Source: Octopus sinensis (lineage: Eukaryota). Taken from it: a DNA stretch of 64,000 nucleotides. How positions within the stretch are numbered: position 1 is the first letter of the stretch; each line of letters begins with the position of its first letter. Below are positions 39,521 through 51,380 of this stretch, piece after piece. The notes under the pieces are model-generated. The model saw only the letters and a list, made by a program, of their open reading frames with translations, had not been told where the DNA came from and ran no database searches. Made by a program: the position numbers and the translations under genes. Location of the stretch: the NCBI RefSeq assembly GCF_006345805.1, contig NC_042997.1, positions 18,600,001 to 18,664,000 of the forward strand, in the 5' to 3' direction.

Positions 39521-40039
39521 AGAAAAGTTGAAACAACACAGAAGATTTGTTTTACAGGATTTAAGAGTATATTAGAGCTATGATAATAAAGATATACAAT
39601 TTTGTACAAAATAAGGTTCTGTTCTTTCAACATAATTGAAGTAAGAACTGGTTTCGCATTGCTCATCAAACTGAGTTGAAAGATTTATATAATATCTAAT
39701 ATCTTTATTATCATGGCTCTATATATATTCACCACCTGTGTTTCCCCACTAAAATATTTTCTACCTTATATATATATATATATATAACATTTGATGCTAC
39801 CTTCGGCTGTGTATGTATAGATCATGGTGTACCTATGCACGTAGACACATGTGGGTACATACATACATATGTGACTGTGTGTCTGTGTGTGAGTGTGTGT
39901 AGGGCGATGGTTTCAAAGGTTTCGTATATTCATAAGTTGATTTCTTAATTTAACTGGAGTATAAATACCCGTAATGCTGATACTTAAAAAAATAATAAAT
40001 TAAAAAAAAAAGTCAAACTTACAAATTTCCCAAGAAGCA

Positions 40040-40367
40040 AGTATAGTGGCTGTAGGAGGAGAGAGGAGAATGCTTGTTGGGGAATGGAACTACGGTGCAA
40101 GTGGAAGGGAGGAGGTGAGGGAATCCTTGCAGAAGATGACAAACCAGAAAGCACCAGGTATAGATGGCTGTATCGTGAAATGCTTAAAGAAAGGAGGAGT
40201 GACAGTGATTCAATGGTTAGTGAGGTTTATGAATGTTTGTTATATTGCTGGAAGAGTACTAAAAGGACTGGTGCAGTGCCTGTATAGTGCCACTGTACAA
40301 GGGAAAAGGCGATAAATGTGAGTGTGGAAATTTTAGGGATATAAGTCTGTTGTGTGTGGTTGGTAAA
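40040..40367 (+). mobile_element. RTE-clade LINE, start of RT domain
   Basis: EEVRESLQKMTNQKAPGIDG...VIQWLVRFMNVC / IVPLYKGKGDKCECGNFRDISLLCVVGK. Confidence 0.85.
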
Positions 40368-40965
40368 CCACCACATAACGACTTTTCCCCACCCTATCTA
40401 CACTCTGTCAGTTCCCTCCAGAACTCCTCTACTTCTTCCTCACTCCTTTCACTCTCTGGACCATATGCACTAAAAATCACCCACATCTCTCCTCTTCACC
40501 TCATCTTAACTCACATTAACTTGAAGACACTTCCCTCCACCTCACTACACTCTCCTTCACACGCTCACTCACCAGCAAGGCCATTCCCTCACAAGCCCTC
40601 CCCCTCCTATTCCCGACACTCATCCAGTCACCTCCCCAAACTGGTACTCTCCCTTACCCTTCATCTTAGTCTTGCTCAGTGCCAGCACATCCATCCTTCT
40701 CCTCATCATCACACTCCCTATCTCTTCCTCTTTACCTCGCTTGTACTACATCCATGCACATTCCATGACCCTGGTACTTGAGTGAGATTTGGTGTTAACC
40801 TTCTCCCATCCACATCTCTTTTTCTTGCTGTCTTTTTAGGAATATGAAATTATTAGGAGGAGTGGATTCCCAGTTCCTTTCCTTCTGTCCCTTTTAGTTG
40901 CTTCTTATGCCATGCAGGGAATATGGCAACTGCATTCTACCAATCCCCACCACCAGTCACAGTTC
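40368..40965 (-). mobile_element. RTE-clade LINE 5'UTR and APE endonuclease, opposite in orientation to the adjoining RT piece
   Basis: Minus frames WNVHGCSTSEVKRKEIG...MDVLALSKTKMKGKG...VIFSAYGPESERSEEEVEEFWRELTEC, carrying the APE motifs WNV, LxETK-like and SAYxP. Confidence 0.8.
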
Positions 40966-41002
40966 AATAATAATAATAATAATGATAGTAATTTTCCTTT
41001 CT

Positions 41003-41212
41003 ACTATAGGCACAAGGCCTGAAATTTGTGGGGAGGTGGTAAGTCGATCACATTGACCCCAATGTTTCACTTGTGCTTAATTAATCAACCCTGAAAGGAT
41101 AAAAGTCAAAGTTGACCTTGGTGGAATTTGAACTCAGAACATAGCAACAGGTGAAAGACCGCTAAGCAGTTCATCTAGCATGCTAACGATTCTGCTTGCT
41201 CACTGCCTTAAT
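41003..41212 (-). mobile_element. Family D SINE with the ...aaatttcaggccttgtgcctatagtagaaagg tail
   Basis: Antisense head and body homologous to 20241; tail homologous to 62340-62410. Confidence 0.8.
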
Positions 41213-42551
41213 AATAATGATAATAATAATGATGATGATGAGAATGATAATAAAGTTCCATTTATTATTAAATTAGTTTTTCCTTATTTCTTCTTCAATT
41301 CCTCATTAACGAGGAATAATCCAGAAAAATATATTTTGCTTGCTTCTGACTGAGCAAACTTATGAAGAAAAGATACTCCAACTGTAGTCATCCCACCCTC
41401 TGAGACATATGCTATGGCAGGCTGCACTGGTCAATATATCTTCCTCATTTAATAAAGGATGGTTGAGTGTTGTTTAAGAGATATTTGTCTGCTATGTTAA
41501 GCAAGTCAAGTAACCATGTAAAGTTAATGCTAAAATGTAAGTATACAGGAATACTAAGAACAACTTTGCCAATTTATATATTACATCGTATACAATGCTC
41601 TAAAAACATTCAGTTGAAGAAAGTTGAGAATGTAGTCACACCAAAGCTCTTAAATTTTATTTCTATATTGCTACCAAATCTTTTTGAACAGTCTCTGTTT
41701 TTTGAGAGAGATTTTTGTTTTATATTTTTTGTCTAAAGAAAAACAATAACATCACAAAACGATTCCACCTTCTAAATTTTAGAACAGAATGTTGGATCAA
41801 TATAAACTGACATGCTGGATAGTTTATGTCTGGTGTGCTGGACCTAAGGATAATTTGTTAACCATTCATTCATTCTACTACCTTTGTTGCATATGTTTTG
41901 TTAAGCAGAATTGAGCAGGGATAACCAGCAATAAATAAAAAAAAAACATCATCAACATTAGCTTAGTGTTAGACATGAATCATACTGTTTAGGATAGACT
42001 CTCATTAGTTTGATGAGAATTTCCCCTATGTTAACAATGCAGATGAGAAAGATAGGGATATCAAGACTTCCTACTTACTGAAAGTTCCTAGTTTTAAGGG
42101 GATCATGCCTATTTCATAAATCTTCATGAACTAAAAAAGATTATGAATAAACAAATAAAATTTGAAATTTATTGAATATATCTCCATTAATGCTCATGCT
42201 TAATATTAACGTTTATGAGTAAACAGGGAAAAATAATTTATGAATATATAATTCTATCCAACAATGGAATTTTCCAGAAAATATATTTTGATAATAATTC
42301 AAATTTTTTTTTTCTCATATTGAAATATTAATTTTATTCATTTTTCAAGGATAGCCCTGCACAATGATATAATATATTCTCCTGTACCTGGCACCTAACT
42401 CAATAATTGTTGTTATACTTATTTAAAAGTATACAAAAATCTAATAGCAAAATACTCATATATGTAGATAGGCTGATAACAAGGTACATATTAGATTATG
42501 TGATCAGATAGGCTGACAGAAAACTTATTAAAAAGAAATGTATGAAAATAA

Positions 42552-43000
<449 letters not shown>

Positions 43001-44189
43001 TAGTATATTATTACAGGCACTTATTCATTTATACATTTATATATGCTCAAGCATATGCATTATATTCAATTCCATTTACTTTCATTACATTGTACAATTA
43101 CAATGAAGGTGAATTACATCACAAATTTCAATGAATAAAACATTAACATCAATTATACTCTATAATATTGAAAAATACATGCATACGCATCTTATCAAAA
43201 TAAAGGAACACCTGCAAAATTCTCGGCTTTAAAAATATCCGGTACATTAGGGCTTCTTCTTATAATTTAATTACTATGGTCATGGGATTTTAGTCACCAG
43301 GGCTTCTTATAAGTTAATTATGGTAGTCTTGGAATTATTTTTAATCTGAGAAAGTGTGTTTTATTTTATACCTCTTGTTTATTATTTATTTTGTTCTTTG
43401 ACCTCGATTTTGTTGTCACTTAAATTTGATTTAAAATTCATATACTTCTTTTCATTCAGTGTTGTTAATAAGATTTATCAAATTTTTATTTAATATAATT
43501 AGATTTGTAAGAAAAGGTGTCTATGTAGGTTTAGCTTAATATATCCCATTATAGAAGGTAAACAAATGTTAACCTCCTTTGGTGAGATATGTTAAAAAAA
43601 TGATTTTCCTGATGAAGACCAGTGTTTCTGGACTTTCAAAATGAAGCTAAAAGAAAGAATGATAAATATTATTTTAGCCACTATACATAGAATTGTTTAA
43701 TGAAATATTTAAAGAATAGTCATAAATAGTGCAAGGAAAATTTTTAAAGCCAATAATAAATAACTGTTCAGCAAAGAAAAACCAAATAGCCTGTGATTAA
43801 TATTATCTTAATTATTCTGGAAAGTATAGCAGACAATAAATTTAGATATATTCTGGTATTATTAAACTTCCTCAGTAAAAATGTAGCCAATTTTCTCTCC
43901 ACCTGTGACATTCTACTAAGTTATACTTGTGAAAGATAATTGTGGTATTGTTGTGTTGTGGTGTATATTTCACTGCACTTATCAAATATTATACATACGT
44001 TGTATATTGAGAAAACAAATTACTGAAATAAATTATTCAGGGATGCCATGAACACAAAGAAGGATAACCAAATTAGAGTTTGTATATATGTTATGCAATG
44101 ATCATTCACAAAGAAGGAAAATTTTCTGAATTCAAAAGGTAAAAGAAAGTTGGAAAAGATCTGGCCCTTACAGATGGAAAGCAACTTAC

Positions 44190-44348
44190 CTGTTATTCTT
44201 AATGTTTTTGACAAAGACCACTTGTATAAATATATTCAATTCCACTATTACAAATGATTGCCCAAGAAGATAGAATTTATCATAGAAATTTTGTTTGAAA
44301 GGTATACTATCAATCAAAAATGTGTAATTGACAAATGCAGTTTTTAAA
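44190..44348 (-). CDS. Candidate 159-nt internal exon (phase 2-2)
   Basis: Acceptor cctttttttttgtctgcag, donor CAG|gtaagt, one open frame LKTAFVNYTFLIDSIPFKQNFYDKFYLLGQSFVIVELNIFIQVVFVKNIKNN. No recognised homology. Confidence 0.35.
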
Positions 44349-46132
44349 CTGCAGACAAAAAAAAGGTAAAAAGAAACTTAATTTCTAAACTAATTTCACT
44401 GAAGAATCAAGATATCTTCCTTTCTGACACCAAGAGAAAACCAAATGAATATTTTAAGAAATATTGAATTTTGAGAGAGGAAGATACAATTAATCAAATC
44501 AAAGCAAATATTATTGACACTGACAGGACTAAGACAAAGTTGACCATGAAAGAATTTGAACTAGGAATTTAAAGTCATTGACTAAATACTGCAAGTTATT
44601 GTATCTGCTGCTTTACATATTCTGCCAATCCACAATCTTGATTTTATGAAATATTGTTAATAATGATACCATTTGAAGGTATCTGTAAAATAGTATCATC
44701 TGACAAAATGTTAAGTATATTGTTGTGTACAATGAAAGTGCCACTGTACAAAACTGATTTCTAACATGGGCACAAATCTGCTACATGCTTTTGAGAGGAG
44801 GTTTACTTGATTTTCTAAACCCAATAATACTCCAATGTGTGCTTCTTTTATCAACTCTAGAAGGATTACACTGAGACTGTTTTATTAAGCCACATTATAT
44901 GCTTTGTACACAACAACAATACTTTCCAAACAGGACATGTAGTAACATGAAGCTCACTCTCACTCTTTCAAATTAAGCGATGGGTATCTCTAAAATCGAG
45001 AAATGGAGATTTGTTATGACTTGGAGAGTCTCCAAAGCTGAAACATATGGAAAAAATTTATGCCAACTATTTCTGAAACCAAAACTATATTCAATCTCTA
45101 TTTGTAGCAGTTCAGGAAGAATGGTAAAAATTAGAACTCATGTTATTCTTAAAAAGTCCTTGCTGGCACTATAATTAAGATGATTTAAATAACTATAATA
45201 TTATCCTGCCAGAAACATTGATTATCAAAGTTTGGTTATGAATAAACAATTTTATTTTATTTAAATTTGGATATAAAAAAATTTACTTCAGCAAATGTGG
45301 ACACATTTCTTTTTTAAATCAAAACTTTTGTGGTTATTGCATTGAAAATATTACAGAAGTTTGCATATACGAGTGCAAATATAGATTTGAGAATGGTTAT
45401 ATTAGACCTTCGTAGTAAAGAACACTGTTGCTGGTATTTGAGTTTTGACCATAAATACCTGACTAATCAAGTACTTATTTTTGTTTGTGACTAGTGTATG
45501 TTGACTTTTAACTTTTGTAGATCTTTATTGTTTCATCTTTAGGATGGAGAAATGCTGGCATGGGTTGCTACTTCTTAATAGTAGGAAAAAATTCAATATG
45601 ACCAGTAGAGTTGTTACTACTAGAATTTGATTTTGACCAGTACACTTATGTCATCTGTCAAGTATTTATCTTTGTGACAATGTTGTATGTATTTATTTTA
45701 GTATTTTGTTGAATTATGGATATTTCTTCCATTATTAATCATCTTATTATGTGGGGAATAATTCTGTAGGTAGAATATAAATGTGTTTTCTACTAATGTT
45801 CCCCTGACTTGTATTCATTTGTGTTACTCCTTGTTGAATGTGCATAATGAGCTAATAAGAGAGAGTATAACTAACGTAACAGTTAGAATCATTAAACTAA
45901 TAACTTTAACATTTGTGATAGATTCTATAAATTATGTTGGTCATTAGTACCTTGTTCATGATTTTACATGCTTGGAGTTTGTTGTTGATAAGGTTTTTAA
46001 TTCTAGTTTTTAAGCAGTATATTATTTGTATTAATTTTTCTTTAATATAATGTATTTTCTGTTCTGTTTAATGAAGATTTTTTGTAATGTATGAACTTAT
46101 TCTATAGTTGGTATGCATTCAATTAATATATT

Positions 46133-46292
46133 AGGTGCTGGCATAATTGTGTGACAAGAAGTTTGCATCCTGATCACATGGTTTCACGTTCACTCCTACT
46201 GCATAGCACATTGGACAAGTGTCTTCTATGTAGCTCTGGGTCAACCAATGACTTGTTTGTGGGTGGATTTAGCAGAAAGAAGCTCATCATGT
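46133..46292 (+). mobile_element. Family B SINE 5' portion
   Basis: Degenerate head and ttggacaagtgtcttct CORE-like motif. Confidence 0.65.
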
Positions 46293-46304
46293 AAATATAT
46301 TTTA

Positions 46305-46712
46305 CTTGTTTCATTCATTAGACTGTTGCCATGCTAGGGCACCACCATAAGGAATTTTAGTCGAACTAATTGACCCCAGTATTAATTTTTCTTTTAAGCT
46401 TGGTACTTAATTCTATCGGTCTATTTTGCTGAATCTCTAAGTTACATGGATGTAAACACACCAACACCGATTGTCAGTTGGTGGGAGGACAAACACAAGC
46501 ACAAAGCCAGACAGACACACACATGTACATACACACACACACACACACACACATATGCAACAGGCTTCTTTCAGTTTCGATCAACCAAATCCATTCACAA
46601 GCCTTTAGTTGGCCTAAGAGTACAGTAAAAGACACTTGCCCAGGGTGCCACTCAGTGGGACTGAACCTGGAACCATAAGGTTGGAAAGTAAACTTCCTAC
46701 AAAACAGCCATG
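46305..46712 (-). mobile_element. Family B SINE, full length, with internal (CA)n
   Basis: Antisense of 7474-7876 (aagacacttgcccagggtgcca...gggactgaacc). Confidence 0.8.
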
Positions 46713-47127
46713 TGTATATGTACATGAACACGTATGTAATTGTCTCCTTGCTTTGACAAGTGTCATTGCCATGTAAGCTGTGTGCTTTGCTTCCAGTCTT
46801 CTATGAAAACATCTGACAATAGGAAAATATTACATTCCTCAGAAACAGGTGAGGATTGAAAGTAGGAAGGGCGTTGGGCCATAGAAAATCTGTCCCAACA
46901 AAATTCACCCAGACCATGCAAGAAGGAAAATAAATGATAATGATGATATTTATTATGATGATTATTTCACATTGAGTTTGGCTTGTGTATTCTAATATAT
47001 GTGGTAATTATATATCGGCAGAGTTGTATTTCTTGCTGTATTAATTTATTGCTTGATATATTAATTTGTTAGAACAGAACTTATTAAATTCTATTTGTTT
47101 TATTCTGTAGATTTTTTTTTTATCTAG

Positions 47128-47214
47128 TACTTTGTGGAGAAGAATCTAGAAATATTACTACTGACATTTTTATCAGTGTTGACATTTGCTATCTCCAATC
47201 CTGTTTTTATTTAT
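47128..47214 (+). CDS. Candidate 87-nt exon
   Basis: Acceptor ttttttttatctag, donor TAT|gtaagc. Two open frames: YFVEKNLEILLLTFLSVLTFAISNPVFIY (phase 0-0) or LCGEESRNITTDIFISVDICYLQSCFYL (phase 1-1). Confidence 0.3.
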
Positions 47215-47864
47215 GTAAGCATATACTTGTGTACTTGGTGTAAACAGGTAATTTTATTTGCTGAACATTTATTTATAAACATTTATAAAAAAGATGTTAT
47301 TGTACAGCTACGAATTTTATTAGTATTGTTCTGGCTGTTGAATTTTAACATGGAACTGTTTTTTTAGCTCTTTGTTTATTTTGTTGCTTTCTTGCACTGT
47401 ATCCATTATGATGAATATATTGTCCAGATACTTGAAGTATACTGCATGTTTAGCTCACTTTGTTTTTAATTTTGGCTATGTACATCATCAAAAGCATGGG
47501 TTCCATAAGGCTTATCAGAATGTATAACACATCTCAATGTACTATATAAAATGAACCTGTTTCTCCTCCACCTATCATCTCCACACCTCAAAACCCCACA
47601 CTAAACACTTTTTTAACTTCCATCTACAAAACTAAATTTCACTGACACATCCACTCATCTATGGAATATAAAATGATACTGATTTTTTGCATATGGTTGT
47701 GTGTGTGTGAGTGAGTCTGTATGTATGTGTATGTCTGAGTGTATATATATATATATATATATACCCTGTGATAAGAATGCATATGCTTCTAGGAAGTTAA
47801 TTCCATATTGAGTTCTTTAAGATAGTTTTTGTAGGATAGTTTCTTTCAGCAGATATATCGGTGC

Positions 47865-48253
47865 TGGAATGGAAGCACTCCGTCGGTTACGACGATGAGG
47901 GTTCTGGTTGATCCGAATCAATGGAACAGCCTGCTCATGAAATTAACGTGTAAGTGGCTGAGCACTCCACAGACACGTGTACCCTTAACGTAGTTCTCGG
48001 GGATATTCAGCGTGACACAGAGAGTGACAAGGCCAGCCCTTTGAAATACAGGTACAACAGAAACAGGAAGTAAGAGTGAAAGAAAGTTGTGATGAAAGAG
48101 TACAGCAGGGATCTCCACCATCCCCTGCCGGAGCCTCGTGGAGCTTTTAGGTGTTTTCGCTCAATAAACACTCACAACGCCCGGTCTGGGAATCGAAACC
48201 GCGATCCTATGACCGCGAGTCCGCTGCCCTAACCACTGGGCCATTGCACCTCC
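47865..48253 (-). mobile_element. Family A SINE, full length, tail variant 3
   Basis: Antisense tRNA head (ccactgggccattgc; aatcgaaaccgcgatcc) and shared central block. A remnant of the same tail is at ~63620-63735. Confidence 0.85.
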
Positions 48254-48342
48254 ACTTATATCGATGCTAGTTTTATATTGAACTCCCATGACTGCTGGCC
48301 ACATTTTATGTTGCCTGATAAGAGATAGAATTCTTCAAACAG

Positions 48343-48372
48343 AACATTCTTTAGAGGAAGACTTGCAACAAG
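48343..48372 (+). CDS. Candidate 30-nt exon (phase 1-1)
   Basis: Strong donor CAAG|gtaagt, modest acceptor ttcttcaaacag, frame HSLEEDLQQ. Confidence 0.2.
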
Positions 48373-48905
48373 GTAAGTCGATATATATTTCCTTTATATC
48401 ATTTAGAAAAGATTACTCTTCCCAGTTACTTTTTCCATTTTTTGGCTCATATAACACATATGAAATACAAAACACTACCCAGAAAAATAATGCAATCCAT
48501 GTACCACATATTGTGGTAAATGGATTAAACATTAATGTGATATAAGATACAACAAAACAAGCATTACCACAAAGTAAAACACATTGTATATAAGCATAAT
48601 TCCACAGCCATCCCCACTAACAAAGACAATGCTGTATGCTTGTCATAAACATGGATGGGCACATAGTATGCTGTAGAAACGCATGAAACTGATAAAAACA
48701 TGATAAAAAGAAAAGTCTTTTTGGTTACTACTTTATTTAACAGACCAGAAAAGGATGAAGGGCGAAATTGATTTTGAGAAGAATTGAAGTCTGAATATAA
48801 AAAAAACTGGATCAAACATAAGATATACTATTTGTTGTCTTATCTATTTTTGCCAATCCATCATCATGCAAAGCACAACAATATAGCAATGCAATTTTAT
48901 ATAAA

Positions 48906-49299
48906 ACTAGCAGTATCGCTCTGCGTTGCTCGGGTTTGTAAGGGAAATAACTATATAAGCATTTTTAGAGAGTTATAACCAAAAAATAGCAAAAAAATGC
49001 ATTAAAAATGGGAAAAAAATGATGGTAAATTTTTATTTAAATCGTTGACTCGTCGTAGACATTTTTAGAGAGTTACTTCCCTTAGCGAAAAAAATGCATT
49101 AAAATGGAAAAAAATGATGGTAAATTATTTTTAAAATCGTAGACTCATCATAGACACGCGCTAATACCCAGAAGGGCTCGATATGAATCACGACTATAAG
49201 ATACCCACTTTTGGTTACACTGCACCGCAAAATGTAGGAGTAGTTAGGAATCTAAATCGTAGGAGACAGACACACAACTTGACTTTTATATATAAAGAT
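48906..49299 (+). mobile_element. Non-autonomous Helentron/Helitron-like element
   Basis: Starts ACTAGCAGTATCGCtCtGCGTTGCTCGGG and ends acagacacacaacttgacttttatatataaagat, as HINE/DINE-1-type ends do. Has an internal ~100-bp tandem duplication. Confidence 0.65.
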
Positions 49300-49624
49300 T
49301 TCATGTATAAATATGAAGTGAAGGTTTCAGAAATACTACATGAATTCTGCAACAATATGAAGAGCGACAATAATAACATGAAGATAATGATGACATGGTA
49401 ACAATGATAGATAGACACATATATAGTTACATACGTGTGTGAGTGTGTGCATCTATACCTACAAATTTGACAGGGATGATTGTTTCTTGTATATTTTCTT
49501 GTCTTGGGATTCACGGTCAAACAGCTGGGTGGAATTGTGTGAAAAATTACACGGATGTGTAGAATGATCTGGTGGTATTGCTGGGCTTTGTATTTTTTTC
49601 ATAGCTCCCATGGCTACCGAGATA

Positions 49625-50600
49625 ATCTACAATAATAATACTCTTGTGTTTATGAATGAGAAAAGAAGGGGTCATAGATGAATAAGGAAGGAAGGGGTTA
49701 TGTCTTACTTGGGTGTAGGATGATGAAAATTGTATGCTGAAAAAAATAAATCAAACAGTGTTTCAACTCTGTGTGAATATATGTGTGTGTATGTAAAAGG
49801 GGGTATGTGAATGTGTGTGTGTTTCTGCGTGTGTGTTTGCACTTGTGTGCACAAAGGAAGTGGGATGGTTAATATTCAATGCTGAAAAAAAATCAAACAG
49901 CGTTTCAACTTTGTGTATCTGGTATTTACTTAACAGCTCTTGTTTGTAGTCACGGCCAGCTTTATGTGGCCTTAAGTCGGACGAGAAGGAAGGAAAACTT
50001 GAAAATTCTTTTGAAAGAAACAAGCAGTCAAAGGATGTTAGTTGCTGATAGATTTTTCACAAGTTTGGTAGTAAAAGAATTATTAAACTAAAAACTTTGT
50101 TTTGTACCTTATCTACTATAATAGTACTCTTGTGCTTTCCATCACGAAGTATGAATGAGAAAAGAAGGAGTGATAGATGAATAAAGAAGGAAGGAGTGAT
50201 GGCAAACTTCATAGTGGGATAATGGAAACTGTACGGGGATAATGATAAATCAAACAGCGCTTCAGCTCTATGTGAGTTTATGTGTATGTATGTAAAAGGG
50301 AGGTATGTGAATGTTTGTGTGTGTGTGTGCAATGGAAGTGGATGGTGAGCATTCAACACTGAAAAGAAAAATCAAACAGTGTTTCAACTTTGTGTATTTG
50401 GTATTTACTTACCAGCTCCTCTATTTAGTTACGGCCAGCTTTATGCAGCCTTAAGTCAGACAAGAAGGAAGAAAAACTTGAAAATTCTTTTGAAGGAAAC
50501 AAGCAGTCAAAGAATGTTAGTTGCAGATAGATTTTTCACCAAAAATTTAGTAATAAAAGAATTATTAAACCAAAATCTTGGTTTTGTAACTTATTTATAT
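49625..50600 (+). mobile_element. Two tandem ~490-bp units, each with a Helitron PIF1-helicase C-terminal fragment
   Basis: GIYLTALVCSHGQLYVALSRTRRKENLKILL (49920-50090) and GIYLPAPLFSYGQLYAALSQTRRKKNLKILL (50400-50570) match the Helitron motif GIYLPxPVFSHGQLYVALSR. Confidence 0.75.
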
Positions 50601-50639
50601 ATAAAATACTACAATTAGCCATCATTTTTGATGACATGG

Positions 50640-50807
50640 AGCACTCCATCTTCCCTTCTTTGCACTTTTTCTATATTTCTGACAAAGAGCTCTGCTTGAA
50701 ACATGAAGTCCTTTTTCTTTTTTTTCCTTTCCTGAGTGTCCAATAACACTGTACTTATTCCACGTCCTCACGTTGTTGTTTTTTTCTTGCTTGTTCATGT
50801 TTGGGTT

Positions 50808-50810
<3 letters not shown>
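50640..50810 (-). mobile_element. Penelope-like terminal remnant
   Basis: Antisense aacaacaacgtgaggacgtggaataagtacagtgttattgg...catgtttcaagcagagctctt. Assigned by resemblance only. Confidence 0.35.
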
Positions 50811-50845
<35 letters not shown>

Positions 50846-51104
50846 TTATGCATGCATATATATAATTATACAAGTATGTATTTCCCCACATATGTTTAGA
50901 TAGGATACATTTTATAATAATAAATATGTGGAAGAAAACAAAGCTAAGTTGCAAACTCAAAAGGACTTTCACCTTTATAATTTCTTGATAGGAGCAAGCA
51001 AGCAGGTTAAAAATTAGACATTATGAATAGGTGAGTATGAGAGAAATAGAAGGGGAGAAGAGAGAGATAAAAAGAAAGTAGGAACGGTAGAGAGGAAACA
51101 GAGG

Positions 51105-51141
51105 CAAGGTTATATATATATATATATACACACACACGCAC

Positions 51142-51189
<48 letters not shown>

Positions 51190-51212
51190 TATATATATAT
51201 AAATATGTATAT

Positions 51213-51281
<69 letters not shown>

Positions 51282-51380
51282 TATATATATACACATATAT
51301 ATATATCGGCATACATATTGTGTATATAAGCGTGTGTGTGTATATACATATTGTATGCACACACACACACCCACATATGT
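51105..51380. repeat. Long interrupted (TA)n/(TG)n microsatellite
   Basis: Directly visible. Confidence 0.95.

Noticed and set aside
40287-40781. 164-aa S/H/P/L-rich ORF
   Set aside because: Only the first ~28 codons are RTE RT; the rest is the antisense of the inverted endonuclease piece.
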